From Candidatus Latescibacterota bacterium (GTDB lineage Bacteria > Latescibacterota > UBA2968 > GCA-2709665): 64,000 nt of DNA. Shown here piece by piece: positions 59,143-64,000 of the stretch (positions within the stretch are counted from its first letter, which is position 1; each line of letters opens with the position of its first letter). Made by a program: the position numbers and the translations under genes. The stretch spans positions 2,464,001 through 2,528,000 of the forward strand of contig OZ244744.1 of assembly GCA_965219455.1 (NCBI GenBank). Direction: 5' to 3'. The notes beneath the pieces are model-generated. The model saw only the letters and a program-made list of their open reading frames with translations, was not told where the DNA came from and ran no database searches.

Positions 59143-59993
59143 GTCAACGCCCTCCCCGTCACCTGAACGAAGATGTCTTCCAGCGTGGTCTCCTGGGTAT
59201 GCATCGTCTGAATGGACGCGGCGCGCAGGATTTCCAGGAACGCCACATGTTCCCCCAGACCGTCCAGCGGAAAATCCTTCCGGTTGAGGCTGCCGTCGGC
59301 AACGTACTCGACGCGCAGCGTTCGCTGGCCGAAACGCAACTTCAACGCCCGCGGCGCGTCCACAAGCCGAATACCGCCATCCACGATAAAGGCCACGCGA
59401 TCGCAGAGTTCATCGGCCACGGCCATATTGTGGGTTGTCAGGAAGACCGTGGCGCCCGCCTCGCGCTGCTCCCGTATCAGATCCCGGATCCGACGGCTGC
59501 TGACGGGGTCCAGACCCGCCGTGGGTTCATCCAGAAAAAGAAGCTCCGGTTTGTTCAAAAGCGCCCTCGCGACGCTCAACCTTGCGCGCATACCCCTGGA
59601 GAACTGTCCGACACGTTTGTCACCGTCCTCCTCAAGCCCCACCAGATCCAGCAGACGTCGCGGCGCTTCCGTCTCTCCGGCATAGAGCGTTCGGAAATAT
59701 CGGAGATTCTCAAGCGCCGTCAGCTTCAGATAGTGGTTGGGAACCTCGAACGAGACCCCGATCCTCTCGTAGTAGCTGTTTTCCCATGTCCTGAGATCCC
59801 GCTCGAACACCAGTACCCGGCCGGCATATTCCCGCAGCAGCCCGATCAGCACCTTCTGCGCTGTACTCTTTCCCGCGCCGTTGGGCCCGAGAAAACCGAA
59901 GATCTCCCCCTTCTCAACCTTGAAGTCGACCGACCGCACCGCCGGATCTTCCGCGCGCGGATAGACGTAGGTCAAACCTTCGGCTTCAATCAT
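59139..59993 (-). CDS. ABC ATP-binding protein, Rv2688c-like
   Basis: GPNGAGKST, IGVSFEVPNHYLKLT, FSRGM, LDEPTAGLDP, TTHNM. Confidence 0.93.
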   Translation of the reverse strand: MIEAEGLTYVYPRAEDPAVRSVDFKVEKGEIFGFLGPNGAGKSTAQKVLIGLLREYAGRVLVFERDLRTWENSYYERIGVSFEVPNHYLKLTALENLRYFRTLYAGETEAPRRLLDLVGLEEDGDKRVGQFSRGMRARLSVARALLNKPELLFLDEPTAGLDPVSSRRIRDLIREQREAGATVFLTTHNMAVADELCDRVAFIVDGGIRLVDAPRALKLRFGQRTLRVEYVADGSLNRKDFPLDGLGEHVAFLEILRAASIQTMHTQETTLEDIFVQVTGRALT

Positions 59994-60559
59994 GGTCCAC
60001 CCGCGCTGCCCGTTGCCTGATCAACCTCGATGCGCTCTCTGACGGGCGCTACCCGCGTCAGATACTTCTGAAAGAACGCCTGCGGCGACATCCCGGATTC
60101 CTGGAATATCCGGTGCAGATCTCCCGGGCTGACATCGGCTTCCCATGGCCAGATTCGATCCTGCAGGCAGGCCATTCCACTGACCCCGTCGAGGGTGTCC
60201 CGGATCCACCGCCGATGCCACCAGACTAAGGGCTCGGGCGGTTGAACAGGCGAAAAGAAACCGGCTTCGATGACTTCCTCCGGTTGCGGCGTAATCGCCT
60301 GGCTGCGAGACACGGATGCAAAGAGAATCGTGTGATTGCCGCCTGCATGCCATCGGGGGCTGGAATAAACGCCCACCAACCGAGTCAACTCGATGTCGAT
60401 ACCTGTTTCTTCCCGGACTTCGCGGATGGCCGTATCCGCCACGGTTTCTCCAGCCTCAACCTTTCCGCCCGGCACCGCCCACGCTTCACAGTCCCTTCTC
60501 TTGATCAGCAGCACCTCTCCCGACGAAATGACAACCGCGCTCGCTCCAATTGTCGGCAT
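59990..60559 (-). CDS. NUDIX hydrolase
   Basis: GGKVEAGETVADTAIREVREETG Nudix box. Confidence 0.93.
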   Translation of the reverse strand: MPTIGASAVVISSGEVLLIKRRDCEAWAVPGGKVEAGETVADTAIREVREETGIDIELTRLVGVYSSPRWHAGGNHTILFASVSRSQAITPQPEEVIEAGFFSPVQPPEPLVWWHRRWIRDTLDGVSGMACLQDRIWPWEADVSPGDLHRIFQESGMSPQAFFQKYLTRVAPVRERIEVDQATGSAGGP

Positions 60560-60677
60560 CACGCTTCCTTAAAATTCGTCTGTCCTGCGCCTGTCGAGCC
60601 ATTGAGGAAGCGTGTGTGAAGGTGGGGTAGACATTCCTGTCTGCCCTTCTCCTGTTTACGCAACACTTCATTCGACT

Positions 60678-60717
60678 CCCCCTCTCCTCGCAGGAGAGGG
60701 GGCCGGGGGGAGAGGTC
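60678..60717 (-). repeat. C-rich/G-rich hairpin repeat
   Basis: CCCCCTCTCCTCGCAGGAGAGGGGGCCGGGGGGAGAGGT, same family as 538-577. Confidence 0.8.
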
Positions 60718-60760
60718 CTTCTCCCGGACTTCTGACAGGTGAGACGAACTCACAACAGTT

Positions 60761-61546
60761 TTACCGCATATGCGCCTGCTCCATCACCGCCCGCTCCGCA
60801 TCCGTCATGTCCATAATGTAGTCCGGATACGTTACCGTATGCGCGCCCGTCCCGTACGCCTGGAATCTGGGACTGAACTTGTAAAGCAGCGCCCGCCGCT
60901 GGTGTTCGGCCTCCCACGGCAACGTCCCATGGGTCAATGTCTCCGTGAAGATCACCGCGTCTCCGGCCCGTCCGTTCACCTCCACCACGTGTTCCCGGTA
61001 CTTCTCGCCCCGGTTCATCTCGCGCGGACACGCCAGGTTTGCCTTGTGACTGCCGGGCACCACAGCCACGCCCCCGTCTCCCGACCCCTCGTCCGCCAGC
61101 AGGTATTCCACAACGGTCAATCCGCAATAGATGCGACCGTTCTTGAAGAAGTACGCCTCTGACAGATCCGGGCGCTCCACGCCACCCCCGTGCAACGTGC
61201 CGCCTTCGCACCCCTTGTCCATGGCAATCAAACCGGGCCCGTGATCCAGCCGATATCCTTTGCCCAGAATCACGTACAGATAAGGCATCACACGGGGATG
61301 CACGAGCATCGCCCTGAAGGGTTCACACCACGGCCGCTCCCATGCCAGCATTCCGCCCAGATCCTTCCTGTTCGACGTACCCCCAAGCACCGGCGCGCCA
61401 ATCGTGAGCGACCCCTCCCTCTCCTTGAGCTGATCGTCATGGCGATCGATCGCCTCGTTGCAGCGGTCGACTTCCTCCGATGTCAGAACATCTTTGAGTA
61501 CCAGGTACCCATTCAAATCGAAGAGATATTTCTCGTCGTCCGTCAT
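60761..61546 (-). CDS. PhyH-family Fe(II)/2-oxoglutarate enzyme with non-canonical HxG motif
   Basis: FDLNGYLVL, LHGGG, VVPGSHK, AGDAVIFTETLTHGT, RRALLY. Confidence 0.87.
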   Translation of the reverse strand: MTDDEKYLFDLNGYLVLKDVLTSEEVDRCNEAIDRHDDQLKEREGSLTIGAPVLGGTSNRKDLGGMLAWERPWCEPFRAMLVHPRVMPYLYVILGKGYRLDHGPGLIAMDKGCEGGTLHGGGVERPDLSEAYFFKNGRIYCGLTVVEYLLADEGSGDGGVAVVPGSHKANLACPREMNRGEKYREHVVEVNGRAGDAVIFTETLTHGTLPWEAEHQRRALLYKFSPRFQAYGTGAHTVTYPDYIMDMTDAERAVMEQAHMR

Positions 61547-61637
61547 GTCATCCCTCCTTAGGATTTTTCAGTAAGACTTCAACGCAAAATGCGTGGATGT
61601 TTATTCACGCAACCTGCATATCGTTTTGCCTTATACC

Positions 61638-62687
61638 TCACCGTGCTACGACGTTCTGGCGATAATCGCCGTGGGCAATGAGCTCGGGCGAATAGGCGAA
61701 CAGCGCGGGATTCCCGCCTGTATGCACGTACACCACCGTGGATCCTTCCGGAATTTCTCCCGTCCGGATTCTATCGATCACGCCGGACATCGCCTTGCTT
61801 GTATACACCGGGTCCAATAAAATCCCCTCCTTCCGAGCCAGAAGATGCAATGCGTCGAGGCCGGCTTCGGTCACAATTCCGTAGTTTTCGCCCACGTAGG
61901 CATCCGTATTCTCCATTTCCGCGGCCGTCATTCGCACACCCAGTTCCATGAGCGTCGACGCTTCGTTGGCGACTTCCGCAAGTTGCTCCTTCCGTCGCGC
62001 TTCGTCTCCCCTGCTCGGCGAAAACCCCTGGGCGCGCACCGGCAGTCCCAGCGCTTTTACGCCCAATGCCAGCCCCGCGTGCGTTCCATGCCCGGACGCC
62101 GTACAGATGAAATCCGTCCGTGTGTCCATGGCCTCGAGTTGCGCTGCAATCTCCAGCGCGCAGCCGACGTACGCCACCGTACCCAGCACCACTGCCCGCC
62201 GCCCGATGAGATAGGGCTTTTCCCCCTGCGCACGCAATTCTTCCAATACCCTGTTCTTCACCTCTTCCTGGTTTACGCCATCGGCTACCAGCCTGACGTC
62301 CGCGCCGAAGATATTGTCAAGGAGTTGATTTCCCTGGATACCCATCAGGCTTCGCTGATCGTGCCGGTTCACCAGCACGCATTTCATCCCCAGCTTCGCG
62401 GCCGCAGCAGCCGCCTGCCGCGCGTGGTTCGACTGGGAGGCCGCGCCCGTCACCACGGCCGTAGCCCCCTGCGCCAGCGCGTCTCCCAGGGCGAGATCGA
62501 ACTTGCGCGTCTTGTTCCCTCCGAATGCCAGACCTGTCAAATCATCTCGCTTCACCATCACCCGCACCTGACCTCCCAACGCTTCCGAGAAACGCGGGCA
62601 ATCGTGGAGCGGCGTGGGAAGTTCGGCCAGAGACGTCCTCGGAAACCGTTCGATGGCAGCCTGTAAATCCTGAGCAGTAACAGCCAT
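61638..62687 (-). CDS. D-cysteine desulfhydrase / ACC deaminase family PLP enzyme
   Basis: KRDDLTGLAFGGNKTRK, QSNHARQ, SGHGTHAG, EGILLDPVYTSK, HTGG. Confidence 0.92.
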   Translation of the reverse strand: MAVTAQDLQAAIERFPRTSLAELPTPLHDCPRFSEALGGQVRVMVKRDDLTGLAFGGNKTRKFDLALGDALAQGATAVVTGAASQSNHARQAAAAAAKLGMKCVLVNRHDQRSLMGIQGNQLLDNIFGADVRLVADGVNQEEVKNRVLEELRAQGEKPYLIGRRAVVLGTVAYVGCALEIAAQLEAMDTRTDFICTASGHGTHAGLALGVKALGLPVRAQGFSPSRGDEARRKEQLAEVANEASTLMELGVRMTAAEMENTDAYVGENYGIVTEAGLDALHLLARKEGILLDPVYTSKAMSGVIDRIRTGEIPEGSTVVYVHTGGNPALFAYSPELIAHGDYRQNVVAR

Positions 62688-62909
62688 GGATTCCTCCATC
62701 TGGAATGTGGACCCGGGTGTCGCGGATCAACGCCGTTTGCCGATCTTTCAGCATTCCGGCCCCGCGACGCGCGGGAACAATGGCATGATGGCACAGTTTC
62801 CCCCGGAAGTCAAAGAAAAATGGCGTTGTGCGCCTCCCTTCAAATCAATTGTCTGCGCACTGGCAGATCCCTATATTTTTCGCCAGACCACACAATTGAG
62901 GAGATCCCG

Positions 62910-63734
62910 ATGCATACCCGAGACAGCAGCGTTATCCTAAAAAACGCGCAGCCCTTCGACGAAGAAACCACACGGAAAATCGTGGAACAGTTCAATCGGG
63001 ACGGCTATTGTTTCCTGGAAAACGCGCTTACCCCCGAGGAAGTGGACGCGCTCAGGGAGGGCATGGAACGCAAGTGGAACGACCCCCGGATTCAGACGGA
63101 CGAGGCGGGCGATCACATCCGGGGAATCAGCATGATGCGCATGTACGAGTATGACCGCAACTACCGGGACCTTATCGAACGCGAACCCATCGCCAGCCTG
63201 GCGGAAGCCATCCTTGGCGAGGATTGCCACATGATGTCTCAGAACGCCCTGCGTTACGAACCCGGGCAGGGCGGCGGCTGGCACCTGGACGACAAGATCC
63301 ACTTCCCGCTTCCCGATGGCGTCCCGCGCCACAATCCGGATATCCCCATCCCCTGTTTCGTGATCAACGTGATGATCCCGCTCAGCAGGGCCGATTCCAT
63401 CGAATACGGCGTTACCCAGGTCATTCCGGGCAGCCACTTCGCCGGCAGAAACCCGAACGACCGCGAAAATCCGACCTTCGAAGGCCGGCAACCGGTGTCC
63501 CTTGTCGCGAAACCGGGCGATGTCTACATGTTCCACAACCAGGTCTGGCACCGCGGGTCCCGAAACAACTCCGACGAGGTCCGGTACGTGGGTTCCGTCG
63601 TCTACAGCCAGCGGATGATCGCCCAGCGCCTTTATCCGTTCATCGACTACCGCATGCCCGACTACGTCTGGGAAGACGCCAGCCCCCGCCTTCAGCGCCT
63701 CATGGGCCGACACGAAAAAGGCGCGTACGGGTAG
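62910..63734 (+). CDS. PhyH-family Fe(II)/2-oxoglutarate dioxygenase
   Basis: FNRDGY, WHLDD (HxD), IPGSH, PGDVYMF, WHRGS; ATG 62910 after GAGGAG. Confidence 0.92.
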   Translation: MHTRDSSVILKNAQPFDEETTRKIVEQFNRDGYCFLENALTPEEVDALREGMERKWNDPRIQTDEAGDHIRGISMMRMYEYDRNYRDLIEREPIASLAEAILGEDCHMMSQNALRYEPGQGGGWHLDDKIHFPLPDGVPRHNPDIPIPCFVINVMIPLSRADSIEYGVTQVIPGSHFAGRNPNDRENPTFEGRQPVSLVAKPGDVYMFHNQVWHRGSRNNSDEVRYVGSVVYSQRMIAQRLYPFIDYRMPDYVWEDASPRLQRLMGRHEKGAYG

Positions 63735-63735
63735 T

Positions 63736-63974
63736 GATCAGCTAAAAGCCATCAGCCGTCAGCAGTCAGCTTGAACCGGTTAGAGATACGGACTTGCGAT
63801 GTCCCTTCACAATATCCGCGCTATTATGTGGGCGCCTCTTGGCTGCAAATTCAACGGCTGCGCGGAACTCTCCCCCCGGCCCCAAGGCCCTCACCCCCCA
63901 ACCCCCTCTCCCAGCGGGAGAGGGGGAGCAAAAGCAGGAAAAGCGGCCTCGCACGGAGACACGAAGACACAAAG
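63736..63974 (+). repeat. Heptamer array, C-rich hairpin and nonamer repeats
   Basis: TCAGCTA..GCCATCAGCCGTCAGCAGTCAGC; CCCTCACCCCCCAACCCCCTCTCCCAGCGGGAGAGGGGGAG; CACGGAGAC-ACGAAGAC-ACAAAG (related units near 3500 and 19910). Confidence 0.78.
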
Positions 63975-64000
63975 GGCAAGACAGCGATGAGCGATCTGCA

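Noticed and set aside
1-64000. tRNA, rRNA, integrase, transposase or prophage genes
   Set aside because: No such motifs were recognised anywhere in the window.

Overview
GC-rich bacterial window with no rRNA, tRNA, CRISPR array or intact transposase/integrase that I can see. Gene content suggests a host-associated (probably marine sponge) FCB-group bacterium such as Latescibacterota; this is inference from LRR/cadherin/FN3 proteins, cohesin-dockerin-like and FlgD-Ig domains, GPP34, two PhyH dioxygenases and BNR sialidases. It holds carbohydrate/amino-acid catabolic genes, an orphan RamA/RamB-like peptide exporter pair, VapBC and HicAB toxin-antitoxin pairs, a decaying tandem array of LivJ/K-like lipoproteins, a ~3060-aa adhesin with an M8 protease domain, an anion/C1 transport island (broken SulP, NCS2-HATPase fusion, alpha-carbonic anhydrase, OFA/HAMP/SBP/porin operon) and a metabolic block at the right end. 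Intergenic DNA is a mosaic of several repeat families. The top finding is a dispersed ~170-200 bp non-coding element in four copies (1649-1821, 3239-3410, 9469-9668, 20898-21071 minus). It has covarying helices that enclose a loop where short conserved anchors separate two near fixed-length variable segments (26-27 and 32-34 nt), an architecture resembling a programmable guide RNA or structured mobile RNA. All alignments and structures were read by eye.
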